Shown here piece after piece: positions 1-12,303 of a stretch of 64,000 bases of DNA. Under the pieces are notes generated by a model. It had not been told where the DNA came from. It searched no databases and worked only from the letters and a program-made list of their open reading frames with translations. Position 1 is the stretch's first letter, and each line of letters opens with the position of its first letter. The stretch covers positions 84,880,001 to 84,944,000 of the forward strand of contig NW_024704743.1 of assembly GCF_018977255.1 (NCBI RefSeq), in the 5' to 3' direction. The DNA is from Callorhinchus milii (taxonomy: Eukaryota). Position numbers and translations under genes: made by a program.

Positions 1-809
1 TCTTTTTGAATGGTGTTGTTGGATCTTTAACATCCACCTGAGAATGGACAGCTGGTTTAAAGTCTCAATCTCAAGGCCCCCTGACAATTCAGCAGTCCTC
101 CAGCATTGTACTGGAATGCCAACCTGGAGTCTTCTAACTGAGAGGCCAACTGAGTCAAGCTAACACTTACTTCACCAGCAATAACGCTTGCATGAATTTA
201 TTTCACAAGTGAAAAGACCAACTCAAAGTTTCTGCAGACAAAAGTAAATTGTAAGATCTTTCTCAAGAATACAATAACCTTATTACCTTATTACAATGAT
301 ATATATTTATATCTGTCACTGTTTAAAATTAAAAATGTATTCTTTATTGCAAATTCTTGAACTTTTTAAAGGTGGGAAATGTTAATTTTGATTCCTGTAA
401 TAAATCTTTAGGATTTGATTTGTTACTGGTGTTACTGTTCACAAGAACACTGCATAGTTCCATGTGTGTGGAGAGCCCAGCATGTTAGGGATTGGGAGTA
501 CAATTTTCAAGACACATATTGGAGTTTAATTTGTGTTATTCACGAACCACATTGGTTGCATTCATTGCAGTTTGTGATTTTTAGGGGGGAAAGACTTTCA
601 AATTATATTCTGCAATGTTGGCTAACGTTTTACTTCTTGCCTTTTTTAAGGCAAAGAAAATTTTAAGGTAAGAAAATTCCTGACAAATTTGAAAAATGTA
701 AAACAATTTGCTGGCTTTTGTTGTAGGCTTTTGTTACTGCTGGGATTGGATATTTAGGCCAGTATTTTTTTGGTCAACACATTTGAAATGACAAATTTGA
801 AAACCCATC

Positions 810-1150
810 ATTACGCTTAAGAGTGTCCAAACTAAACTGAGAATTCCATACATGCCACCTACACGTGGAAATTCAGTGTGTGGAATGGAATAAGCCCTCT
901 CTCACCGGTTAGACAAACCCTACTTATCTATTTCTGGAGAGTATTAGATGCAGGTTGGTAAGAGCTTGACATCGAAAGCATGAACTACAAACTTCCCACT
1001 GCTTGGCAGGCTTGGACCACCATTTAGAGTTTTGGCTTTGCGGGATTAACGAGAGTGGGAATAATCTCTGCTCCACAGGATCAGTCTGCCCTCAACAAGT
1101 CCTGCCAATGAGCCAGGGTGATTGTGCTGTGATCAGCAGTGCCCTGGAAT
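810..1150 (+). repeat. Unclassified old dispersed repeat (also ~2630-2730 -, ~25128-25540 +, ~39395-39600 +, ~61870-62190 -)
   Basis: Shared consensus CTTAAGAGTATCCAAACCA.ACTGAGAGTTCCATGCAT..CACCTACAC.TGGAAATTCC..TGTTGGAATGG..GGACAC..CCTG...GAGAGTATTAGG. Confidence 0.75.
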
Positions 1151-3039
1151 ACTGTGGACCTGCTTGGCTCAGTGACCGGACTATCAAGACCTCCACAGAG
1201 GGCTGACTCAATTCCAACATTCCACTGCCAAGCATGTCACCTTGGAACCAGTTCAGCTTCAAGGAGACCCCACTTACCTCGCCCCAAGGAGTCATGTCAA
1301 AATCATGAATTAAAAAACAGAAATTGCAATTTTTACAGCAAATCCAGATTTTTGAATCGTGCAAATTAGATCCCAAAATTTGTATTTCACTGCTAAAAAG
1401 AAATGTAATTTTTTAAGAAATGGATTGATGCCATAATGGGAAGTTACTTTTTTCTTGAGCACTGTGAAAATAATAGCAATAACTTCATATTAAAATGAGC
1501 TATTTTTCACAGCATTATGTTCACTGTGAACATTAAAATAAATTCAGCAGAAGTCACAATGTAGTGCAGTTGAACAATAACTAAATGAAGATACAATGTG
1601 TATTTATTGTATGTGGACACTGGGTGTCGCTGTTGACCATGTCATGGCTTAAAGAACAAAAGGAAGGGCTTGCAGTTTATCTGGAAGTTGCACGCAAGCA
1701 ACACTGATACTGAGCAGACCTCATGGCAATTGAATCAGATGCATGTTTTCGTGGATTAAGCAAAGATTAGTTAACCAAAAACAGGGAAATAAAAATGCAA
1801 GCTTAGATCAAAGTTCCAAAGTGAAGTTTATATCGATAATATTGGGAAATGTATATAAACATCTGGTTCCTCTAAAAGCCCAGCTGAAACTAAACACGTC
1901 AAGCAAGAGTGAAGCTAAACAGCTGGATTATCTCTCAATGAGTTCCCTGCCCCCAATATAGACACATAGATAGAACCGTTCTGTATTTGAATGTGTACAG
2001 ATGTGATTTTAAATGCATGTGGACACTTGCTGAGCAATTTCATAATCAGAACCAGTGTAACTCCTGAGCTGGCCAGCAAGGGGCACTTTTACCATCCATT
2101 ACAGTGAACAAATATATAGAATTACACTTAGCAAAAGCTTCCACACTTAACGGAACCCAGCCATGACTTCAGATTTAAGTGGATCCCACTGGTAGCTGTC
2201 ACAGAGACACAGATCAATTGTTTGCCACGTTAACAACCAGCTAATCCCATTAAAACTCAGTTTGTTTGACATTTGTGCTTGACAATAATTTTATTTGATT
2301 AAAAGTCTGGCTGTATTTTAGGAAGGGGACTATTAATGGGAGCAGTGAGATTAAAACCGATCTAACAAAATCGCAAAGTATACAACAAAGTGCTAAAAGT
2401 CCCAAAACAGATTACAGTAGTAATTACAACCAGAGTAAGGAAAATAAAGGAAGAGATTAAGTGGATTACAAATAGATGTGTGCAAAAGGCAATCACAGAA
2501 ATTAATGTGTATGAACTGACACTGTAATGTAACAGAACAGAAATAAAGTAAATGCAATGCAAATAGTTAATAAGCTAAGAAATACAACATGGCACGGCTT
2601 ATACAGCTTGGTAATTGCTTTTTACCAACAAAATATTTGACAATAGACTGTATCTATCTCAGGAAGTTTCAATGTATAGGTGGCCTGCATGGAATTCTCA
2701 GTTTGGTTTGGATACTCTTAAGCATGGTGATGGGTTTTTGTATGGGTCAGACAATATATAATGATATGCCAGCAAAAGACAACAAATGAGGAAGAGTAGA
2801 AAGTTTAACAAAAAAATTGCAAATGAAGCCCAAATCTCTGACTATGCATTAGCCATATATTGCATTTTTTTGTAACTACATCGTTGGAGGTGCTGACCTT
2901 GGAATGAGACATTAAACAAAGATTCTGTGTGTCCTTTAGGTTGATGTTAAAGATCCCAATGTGCAACAATTTGCACTTATACTGTATATGATCTCTCAAG
3001 CAAGATAAAGTGTGAAGTGCTTTGCAAGGACAATGTGGA

Positions 3040-3510
3040 TCATTGAGCAAGGTATGAAAAGAGGAGGAAGTAAGAGGAAGATGATTGAAAACATGTTTGA
3101 AGAGAGATGTCATTAGGAAACAATTGAAAAGGGGGAGAGAGTGGGTGAGGTGCTGGGATTTGGAACATGAGAATGTGTGATTGAAAGCTCCTCCACTGAG
3201 ATGAGATGGGGTGGATCAGGTGAAGGCCTGACTTAAGCAGTGAGAAAAATAGTAGGACTGGAAGAGAATGCAGAGGTAGGAATATGTATGTGAAGGTGGA
3301 GAGATTTGAAGGTGTGGGGGGGATTTGAGGTAACTGAAGTCAAAACTAGGATACTGGTTACTTCACTGGGAGCCAGTGAAGAGGGTGTGTGATGGTCACA
3401 CTGAGCCTAGCGTGGGAGAAGATATGGACTGCGGAGTTCTGGATGGCTTTGTTTGTGGACGGCAAAGATAAGTCGCCCCATTAGAAAAGCCTTTAAGAAA
3501 TCAAATCTGG
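3040..3510 (-). mobile_element. Old L2 fragment
   Basis: Purine-rich; resembles the other minus-strand L2 3' copies (TTGAAGAG, GGAGCCAGTG, GAGTTCTGGATG). Confidence 0.55.
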
Positions 3511-5604
3511 ATTAGAAGAGAACCGCAAGAGAAGTGGGTGGAGACTCACGTGGAGTATAAATAACATATATATAGCACCTTTCACATCGGGAGGACGTCC
3601 CAAGGCAATGGCTGGCACAGACTGGTTGGGCTGAGGGGTTTGTTACCATGTTGTATCGTAAATCTCTGTACAACAGAGTTTTTCCTGGTATCCTGGCCAA
3701 CAATTGTCATACGATAAACAGTTAGAACATCCAGAAAGCTCTCACAATCTAGTATAGTACATGTCAATAAATAGAGTGGCGGATACCTAGATTGAAGGTT
3801 GTATCATTTATTGCTCACATATATATAAACACACACACACATTGAGTTCCGTAAAGACAGATTGCTACCTGGATCTTTCCTGCTGCCTCTCCACTGTTTA
3901 TTGTGAGCCCCAGGCTTCGTTCAACACCTGAGTCTCTCCCCACTGTCTGTCTCCCACCAGCATAAACATCTAAAGAATACTTTCTAAAATCATGTGATAA
4001 GACTATGGAAATGTACAGTGCAAAAGAAGGCCATTGGGTCACATTGTGTCTGTGCTGGCCCTTTTAAAGACCAATCCTTTCAATCCCATTTACCTGCCCT
4101 TTCCCTTTTTAGATATCTGACAGCTGGTTTAAAGGAGATTGAGCCACTGGACCAACTAATGAGACAAAGGTCAAAATAGCCAAATCTGCCATTGGCGAAT
4201 TTAAAAAAAAATTGTAAAACCTATTTTGCTTTGTTGACTTCATCCCCGCCAAGTTATCATTTATAAAAGCCTGAGTAACTCCCTCCCCCACCCCATATAA
4301 CAGGTCCTGCATTAACCAATGGTGTTGCTTAGAATAATGCTTATGATGTACGTCTGCTCCAAACTCAGTTGATGCTGTGCCGCTTCAATGTTTTGCTGTT
4401 TGGTCGCCCCGGGCCTCTAATGTACTGTATACACTCAGACTCCTTCTTTGAGAGTTATGTTTACAGCATCATATTGATAATTGCTGCAGCCCTGAAGGTA
4501 ATATTCTACCCCTATGCAGACTTTTAACAGCAGATGGTCTTTGTGTAAAATCGACTGCATTTTGTGCATCTATTTTGCTTGCTCTTTGTACTCCAATCTC
4601 ATTGCAATGATCATCTGGAAAATGATAAGAAATCCTTTAGAAAATATGAAATGTAGAAACAAACTGCGTGAACATAGCATTGACCATATTGATCATATTG
4701 AAGAAGTCCTGAGTGGTTTCCAGAAGAGCCGTTCATTGCATGTTTTTTACAGGCATAAAGTGTTCAGAGTAGTCATTAATAGCATAAATAGCACCGATGA
4801 CTGTTAAATTAAATCTAGAAAGCATCAAAAAAAGGTGAAGTTCATTGCCAAAACTAATTTTCCTGTATGTTCCGATGTAAAAACACAGTGTTGAATTTTT
4901 TAAAAAAGAATAAAACCGTTTAGAAATAGTCATTGTCTTGGTAGCAACTGCATGCAAGATTCCCCCAACCCCCAGTGAGTTATCTCTGGGTTTCTGGAGT
5001 CCAGTTGTGTATGTAGCAGCAACATCTGGAGCTTTGCTGAAGCGATTACAAACAGCCGTGCACTCTCAGACATTAGGGAATTGCTGGTGTAGAAAACTCC
5101 CTCAGAGTTGGGAATAATGCCATGGTGTCCAAGGCAACAGGATTCAACAGGAGGAAACAGACTGGGAATTCCGTCATTTTACTCTGGGGAGAAGGAAAGC
5201 GAGGTACAAGGGCAAAAGAAAGCAACCCTCTCCTCCCACCAGAAAGACTGGAGAATATTATTTAAAATCGATAGGGATAACATGAATAATGCATGCAATA
5301 TGTTAAGACTTTGCCAACAGTATGAATAGTGTAATTAATAATTGAGTGGCTTTGGTTCTGAAATGTTACCAAGGTTATTAATAACGGTCAAAACAAGACG
5401 CTCTTGTTCCATTTGCTGAACCTAGAAACCATATGATGTTTGCCATGTAAATGGTCAATGCAAAGATAAAAGGCACAAAATAACTCTAGGGTGCTCAAAA
5501 GATTTTAATGGAGGGGGAAGAGAGGTGATCTTAAAGACAATATTAATTTTCATTACTGAGATATACTGGAGCAAGGAAGAGCTCTTTGTAGATGTGTGTC
5601 AGGC

Positions 5605-6050
5605 TCCATCAGTTGTTAGCACTCTTGCCTCTGAATCAGAAAGTTATAGGTTGAAGCCCCACATGACGACTTTGAACTCATATAGTCTAGGCTGACGCTC
5701 CAATGCAGTTCTGCTGAGGTTGTTCCATTGTTAGAGGTGAAGTCCTTGGGTGAGGCGTTAAACCTAGGGCTTGTCTGCCTGTTCCAAGTGGACGTTAACA
5801 ATCCCATGTCACTATTTAAAAATAGAAGGAAGTTTCTCTTGGCTAACAATCTCCAAAATAAAATTGGTCATTCACATCATGACTGTTTGTTAGACTTTGC
5901 TTTGTGCAGTTTGGGTGCTGCAAGTATCTCAGTAATAATAATAACAATAATCCTCTAATTTGATATAGTGCCTTATCACATCTTCAAGACGTCTCAAAGA
6001 GCTTCACAGAATGTACTGTAAAGTGAACTGACAGTATATTTTGTGGGCAA
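5605..6050 (+). mobile_element. Ancient DeuSINE-like element with younger tail
   Basis: tRNA-like GCACTCTTGCCTCTGAATCAGAAAG; GTTAAACC..GTCTGCCTGTT..GTGGACGTTAA..ATCCCATG.CACTATT, which resembles the Deu domain as I recall it. Confidence 0.7.
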
Positions 6051-6379
6051 AACGAATGAATATGAATATTGCCTATCCTATGAAGTGTTTTGAAACGTCC
6101 TCCTGTACATGAAAAGCATGATACCAAATGCAAGGATTGTTATTATATTTGTTATTTGTAATGATTGGCAGGCAGGCCTCAAGATGAACGGTTGTTAACA
6201 AATATTAGGTGACGGAGTGCTACCCCACATGATGAGCACAATATAAATGCAAGTTGTTGTTGTTGTTAAATCATTAAATTCAGAAAATTGATAGGAATTG
6301 GGTAGCAAAACACACTGATCTCTGATAAGAGATCAGATAAGACTGATAAGACTGATCTCACTAATTTAAGGTGCAGCCA

Positions 6380-6632
6380 GACAGCAGAACAAGAGGTCAC
6401 AGATTTAGGATTGCAAAGGGCAGTTTCAGGAGAAACTGCGGGCAAGTATTTGTTTTCCAAGAAGGTAATTAATGACTGGAACAAGTTGCCAGGAAAGATG
6501 GTTGAGGCTACAACCATGTGAAAAACTGCTTGATGCTTTGATGGGATGACGGTAGGGTGGGTATTCCGGAAGGATGAGATCAAATGGGCCAAAGAACTTA
6601 CTTCATCCAAACCAATCTTGTGATCTTGTGAT
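6380..6632 (+). mobile_element. CR1 LINE 3' fragment
   Basis: Decayed FS.RVI..WN.LP motif, GGGCC 3' region and (CTTGTGAT) tail. Confidence 0.6.
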
Positions 6633-9549
6633 TACCGTGAAAGATTTTCTATAGAATGTAACTTCACGAGGGAGACTGGATGCCACTGTATGATGTCACC
6701 CAAAAAAAACCACAAGGCTCTCATCAATTTCATTGACATTCAAATTTGAATATGTGACTTGTTTTCAATTGCTTTACGAACTTGTGCTATAATTAAACAT
6801 AATAAGAACCCGCGGGATGTAAACTAAATCCCATGGTGGCCTTAACCAAACTGTAACTTCATAAGTCACCAGGCATTGATTACATGTTGGATAACAATAT
6901 TATCAGCGAGATTTGGAGGCACAGTGGCTCTGCTTTAGGACACTGCCCTTTCACCTCTGGCACCTGCGTTCAAATGTGGCCCAGACTAATAGGATCTGCT
7001 CCCTGCAAGTTTGCAAATTAATTATAATACACTTGAACCAGGCTAGCCAGATTAATGGAGGGGGATTATAATTGTTTGAACCCTGTGAGCAAAAGATAGC
7101 GATTAAGCTACTTTCTGTTTGTGGGATTCAAACAATTTGAATCGGAGTTGGTATCCCTGGTCAATTGCAAGGCCAGCAAGCACAGTGAGGCTGTTCAGTG
7201 TGATGGAGAGTTGGGCCGACGGGAGTCTACATGCATGCGGGTTCGTAGTATTCATTTTCATTTTTAGGTTTGAGGCCCGGTCTGACCAGGTTCGAATTCC
7301 GGATACCCAGAGTCATGTAAGTCGGGGGTTTACAGCAATTATAAATAATAATCTTTGCATTTAATCTAATGCCTTATCACATCGTCAGAATATCTCAAAA
7401 TGTTTTTACTGTGAAGTGTATGACTATACTTTGTAGGCAAATTAATTTTGGACAGTCTTAATTTGTTTCCAGCAGAGCAGAGGCTTAAATTGACCCTGAA
7501 TTACCAATCTCTTTCAGAAAGGCCTTACAAATGACTAGGGTTGGTTGGTGCTGATGCTTGTAAAGATTAAAATATACAATTGTTGAGTGTGGAGAGCTTC
7601 AGGAGATCTGGCCTTATTGTACCCAAGCAGGAATACTTGATACTCACATTGAATGACATAAATGAGTCTAGTCCTCATTATGCATTCTTTCTGGATTAAA
7701 TAATACGGTGTTCGTATTACAGGAAAATTTTTTTTTTGAAAAAATATGATCTCGGAGGTTGATTTAGCTAGTAATGAGCTGATGTTATGTCAATTATTAA
7801 TAAGATGGTGGTGGATAGATATGGCTGTCATTTCCAGTAGCAATATGTAAACAGACCATTTGATCTGGTCTCTTTTTAAATATTCAGATTATCACAGCAA
7901 TATATGAGACATATTTAGAGGCGATATTATTGATTATTGATGGATGTTAATGTAACCGTCATTTACTTGATAGAGTGTGATTACGTTGCTTCAGGGAACT
8001 GTTACGATGATCTAACAGCATTGCCTATAACATGTGTTTCAGATCTGAAACATGAATGATTTAAGACATCTCTATTATTGGTGCTCGTATTTTTAATGGA
8101 TGAATAACAACGACGGTTACTTTCATGACATGCAACAAGGCAGAATTATCTCAATGAATGTATAATTGTCATGTTGAATAATGAATCATAGGGCATTATC
8201 CACAGAAAATAATGAATGCTTGGGAGTGGGTAGTAATGTAAGATCGCCAAAGAGGGAACAAATTATGACTGTTATCAGAATGACAAGATGAGTTTCCTGA
8301 CAGAAGTTGCACTCAGTCTTTATCTAATATAAATTAGGCATTGCAGCGGGCAGTTTAATTTGCATGTTGGTCTTGTTTTGGTGGACATAGAGAATTTCTT
8401 GTGACTGACGGGCAATGACGGCATCACTGAATTATTCACCAATGTGATGTGATCACTACATTCGTATCTCAGAAAATCAAAGTGTGCTATGAAATTCACT
8501 TTGCTTAGTTCCTTTTCGAGATGGTATTGAGTAGGTAAGTGACTCCCAACCTATTGGGAGAAGTAAATCCAAGGGGAGAGTCAGTGATGGAGGTATGTTG
8601 AACTTATGCTACATGATACACAGCAATTCCAAATTATTCCTGATTGCCTTCTACAGACTGAAATCTAAAGAATAACTATTAGTTTGTCCCATTAGTTCAC
8701 TTGGTAAAGCAATATCTAATGTATAACTGAATTAAAGAAACCTGGACACAAGTTTAACCCCTGTTCTGTGCTAAATTAATTTATCTAGGAAAGCAGTTTG
8801 GGAGGTTTGGAAAACAAAAATCAGCTCCTGATCGCTACTAGGGACTCTGCTGGACAGTGTATAAACGGAATGTGGATATGGGTATAGGAAGCAAACCGAA
8901 GAGAGAAGGAATAAGTGATATTTAAAACTGTTACATGAACAAAAAAACATGGCTGAGTTGTTACAAAGTAATGCACTTCAAGTAAGGCTGAGCTTAAATG
9001 GTTCAACAGCATCATCTGAACCCCAGACTGATAGTGTTTTGAAAATATAGATTAATCTGTAAAATTATTTTCACAATGTATACAGATGGAGTTCAAAGCA
9101 TTTTTTTTCGTTTTGGTCAGCTGTAACAGAAGCCGTTTATTGCTTTGAATCGTGTCATTTCAATTAGAGTATTACCTTAACAGCCACTGCAATAATAGTT
9201 TATTTTATTTTACTGCATGTTTCAAAACAATTTCAAAACATATTATATACAGGAATTGTGAAATCCAAGATCAAACTATCACCAGAGGGTTGGATGAAGT
9301 TGGCCTTTTGCTCATTATGATCTCTTCCTTCTAAATACCCAGCAACAACAGCAACTTACATTTATACTTGGCCTTTGGAAAATGCTTCAAAGCAGTGGGG
9401 GGGGGCGGGAGAGTGAACAAAAGCATAGTTGATAAGATACGTAAACTTTGTCCACAAAATATACAGTCAATCAACTTTATAGTATATTCTGTGAAGGGCT
9501 TTGAGACGTCCCAATGACTTGTTAAGGCCCTATATCAAATGCATGGATT

Positions 9550-9840
9550 ATTATTATATTATATAATCTTTGAAGGTGGGGAGGGAGGGGACAAGGCAGA
9601 GGGATTCCAGTATGGAGTTCTAGAAAATCGGGTGGGGGACATGAAGCAGTTCACTTTGCAGAAAGCGGCTGGGTGGTAGGGTTGCAGGAAATTGTCGAGG
9701 ATCTTGAATTTGATCCCCTGGGGAATGGGGAATCAGTGGAGCTGAGTGAGGATGGGGGTTGAGGTCTTATGGAGCAGAGAAGACTCAAGGATTACAGTGT
9801 TCTGGCTGATCTGCAGCTTATGTATGAAGGATCTGGGGAG
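9550..9840 (-). mobile_element. Old L2 fragment
   Basis: GAGGATCTTGAATTTGATCC...GGAATCAGTGGAG matches the L2 segment at ~15490-15540. Confidence 0.6.
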
Positions 9841-11179
9841 TGTGGCTTTAAACCACTTTCATCATTACATCAAGATGATTTTTAGTGGCTTCAACCAACC
9901 TTGTAAAGGGAAGCGAGTTTCTCCCCACATACCCTTCAGCAACCCAACTGATAAATTCAGCTCAGATTCATCTTGGGGATCTTTAGTGGCATCTTGCAGT
10001 GCACAAAACTGGCTGCTGTGCTTGCCTGCAAAAACAGTTGCTACTCTTGAGAGGAATTACCTTTTGAGATGTTTTAACCTATGGACACTAAATCATATTA
10101 GGGATTCTTACAGTATTATATAACATCATTTATAATATATTAATAATCTTTGCATGCAAAGATTACTATTATTTAATATGGCACCTTCCAGGATGAGAGG
10201 ATGTCTCAAACCGTTTCACAGGATTTTACTATAAAGTGTAGTGACTGTGTACTTTGCAGGCCAATAGGATGGCCAATTGACACATAGCAATATTGGCAAA
10301 ACAGCCATGGAGTGAGCGGCAAATGTTATTCAAGGGATGTTGCCCAGGACACAGGGAAAAAGCCCATTCACTTTTTGAATAGTGTAATGGGATTTTTAAC
10401 ACCCATCTGAATAAAGAGACGTGATCAGGTTCAACATCTCATCTGAAAGACAGAAGTAGGAGTTAAGTACAATAATTCCAATTGCACAACTGTGGCACCT
10501 TGTGAGATTTCATATCAGACTGTGAAATGTTACAATATATTTAACCTTATCCAAAAGGTACTGTTCTATAAAACAATGATGTCCAAATGAAGTGTTTTTG
10601 TAAATACAGTATATACATGTCCATACGGTTAGTCATAAACATTATCAAGCTGTTCCTCTACGGTCCACGTTGGTGTAATGCAACGGTTCAAAGCTTGCTG
10701 TTATTATGGTTTACTATAAAGAGCAGCTGCTGCCCTTACATTTATTAAACAGCGTCTCAGGTTAGAGGGAAAGGCAGTTGACAAAGCCGAAGAAGAAGTA
10801 GCAGCAGCAAGTGGTTTTCAGACAGGACTTGTTGGCTAATTCAGGTTCAGAGAGCTCATAAGGGAGCCAGAGAGACAGCAAATTCAGCGTCCAAGGCTCA
10901 GTGTGAGTGCGAGTGGGTGAGGAGCAGAGGATATTCTCCCCCGGTGAGTGTGCCCTGGGCCGGGTGGGCTTTTGCCATAATAAAGAGCAGCTGCTGCTCT
11001 TGCGTTTATGGATAGCAATAATAATAATAATAATCCTTGCATTTGATATTTGATTGAATGGGGTATGAGGGAAGGCGGCTGCTGGCAGGAGACTTGTGGT
11101 GATGCTCAGCTGACCCAGTGGAGCCCGAGGCAGCAGCAGCAGAGCTGGTGTCAGACAGGAGTGGGCAGACAGGTTGGGA

Positions 11180-11340
11180 GCACCTGGTCACAGGGAACCC
11201 CACACAGACACACAGAGGGTCCCCCACTCAGTCAGTGGGTGAGGAGCGGAACCCCCGGGGTTTCCCCCACCCGCTGGGGAGGGAGGAAGGGAGGGAGGGG
11301 GTGTTTTCCCAGTTTTAAAAAGGCAGGAGTGCGTCAGAGA
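11180..11340 (+). promoter_or_regulatory. Putative NFATC1 P1 proximal promoter
   Basis: GC-rich. kB-like GGGAACCCC (~11193) and GGAACCCCCGGGGTTTCCCC (~11248-11267); TTTTCCC followed by TATA-like TTTTAAAAAGG (~11313). Lies upstream of the alpha exon. Confidence 0.6.
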
Positions 11341-11629
11341 GAGAGAGCGAGAGAGAAGCAGTCGTATGTGAGAGAGAGAGTGTGTGTGTGTGTTTGCTCC
11401 AGTCGAGTCTCCATCAGACACTCAGTGAGCGCAGGGAGCTCCCTCCTCCTCCTCCTCTCCCCTCCCCACCCCTCCCCTCCCCACACACACACACCCTCCC
11501 TCCCTCCCTCCCTCCTCCCGGGAACTCCTCCCGTCGGCTTCAGCGCTCAGCAATAAGCAGCAAAAAGGCTGCAGGCGAGAGGGCGAGACGGGAGCAGAGC
11601 AAACCCTGGATGCCTTTTGCACAGCAAAC

Positions 11630-11930
11630 CACAACAGCACAGCCCAGCACAGCCCAGCAGCCAGCACAGCCCAGCTCAGCTCAGCCCAGCAGCCAGCACA
11701 GCCCAGCTCAGCACAGCTCAGCCCAGCAGCCAGCACAGCCCAGCTCAGCACAGCTCAGCCCAGCAGCCAGCACAGCTCAGCACAGTCCAGCAGCCAGCAC
11801 AGCCCAGCCCAGCCCAGCACAGCCCAGCAGCCAGCACACCAGTCCAGTCCAGCAGCCCAGTCCAGCAGCCCATCACAGTCCAGCAGCCCAGCCCAGTCCA
11901 GTAGCCCAGTCCAGCAGCCCAGTCCAGGAG
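11630..11930. repeat. Degenerate pentamer tandem repeat (CAGCC/CAGCA/CAGCT/CAGTC)n
   Basis: Directly visible ~300-nt array between the P1 promoter and the alpha ATG. Confidence 0.95.
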
Positions 11931-12284
11931 CATCACATCCACTGTCACGAGCATCTTTATATCTGTCTCACTGCTTCTACCCAGGAACGACAACAACAAC
12001 CACCCCCCACCCCCAAGCCGCCCCCCCCCCCCCCCCCCCCAGCATGTCACTGGGTGGATCCTGTGGCAACCTCCTCCTGAGCGTTTGCTAAAGTGCCACT
12101 TGGGCAAAGATTTCAGGGAGAAGCAAAGGAAAAGTTTCTTCCCCCCTTTTTTTCTTCTTTCTCCCCTTTTTTTTCTTTCTACTCTCCCCCCCCCCCCACT
12201 CCCCACTCCCCACCACCCCTTTCCCCCCTCTTCTCCCCTCTCTCTCTTGTCTTCACTCCACTCCCCGGGACACACACAAGCGGC

Positions 12285-12303
12285 ATGAAATCAGCAGAGG
12301 AAG
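12285..12303 (+). CDS. NFATC1: NFATC1 alternative first exon alpha (P1), coding part MKSAEE
   Basis: ggcATG AAA TCA GCA GAG GAA G|gtacag matches the MKSAEE end of the mammalian NFATc1 alpha peptide. The phase-1 donor at 12304 joins exon 2 in frame (E-AYNFASPNV). Confidence 0.88.

Noticed and set aside
1..10700. 3' exons of the expected upstream neighbour ATP9B
   Set aside because: No P4-ATPase-like peptide or convincing exon was found.
11630..11930. CRISPR-like array
   Set aside because: Degenerate 5-mers with no unique spacers, in vertebrate DNA.
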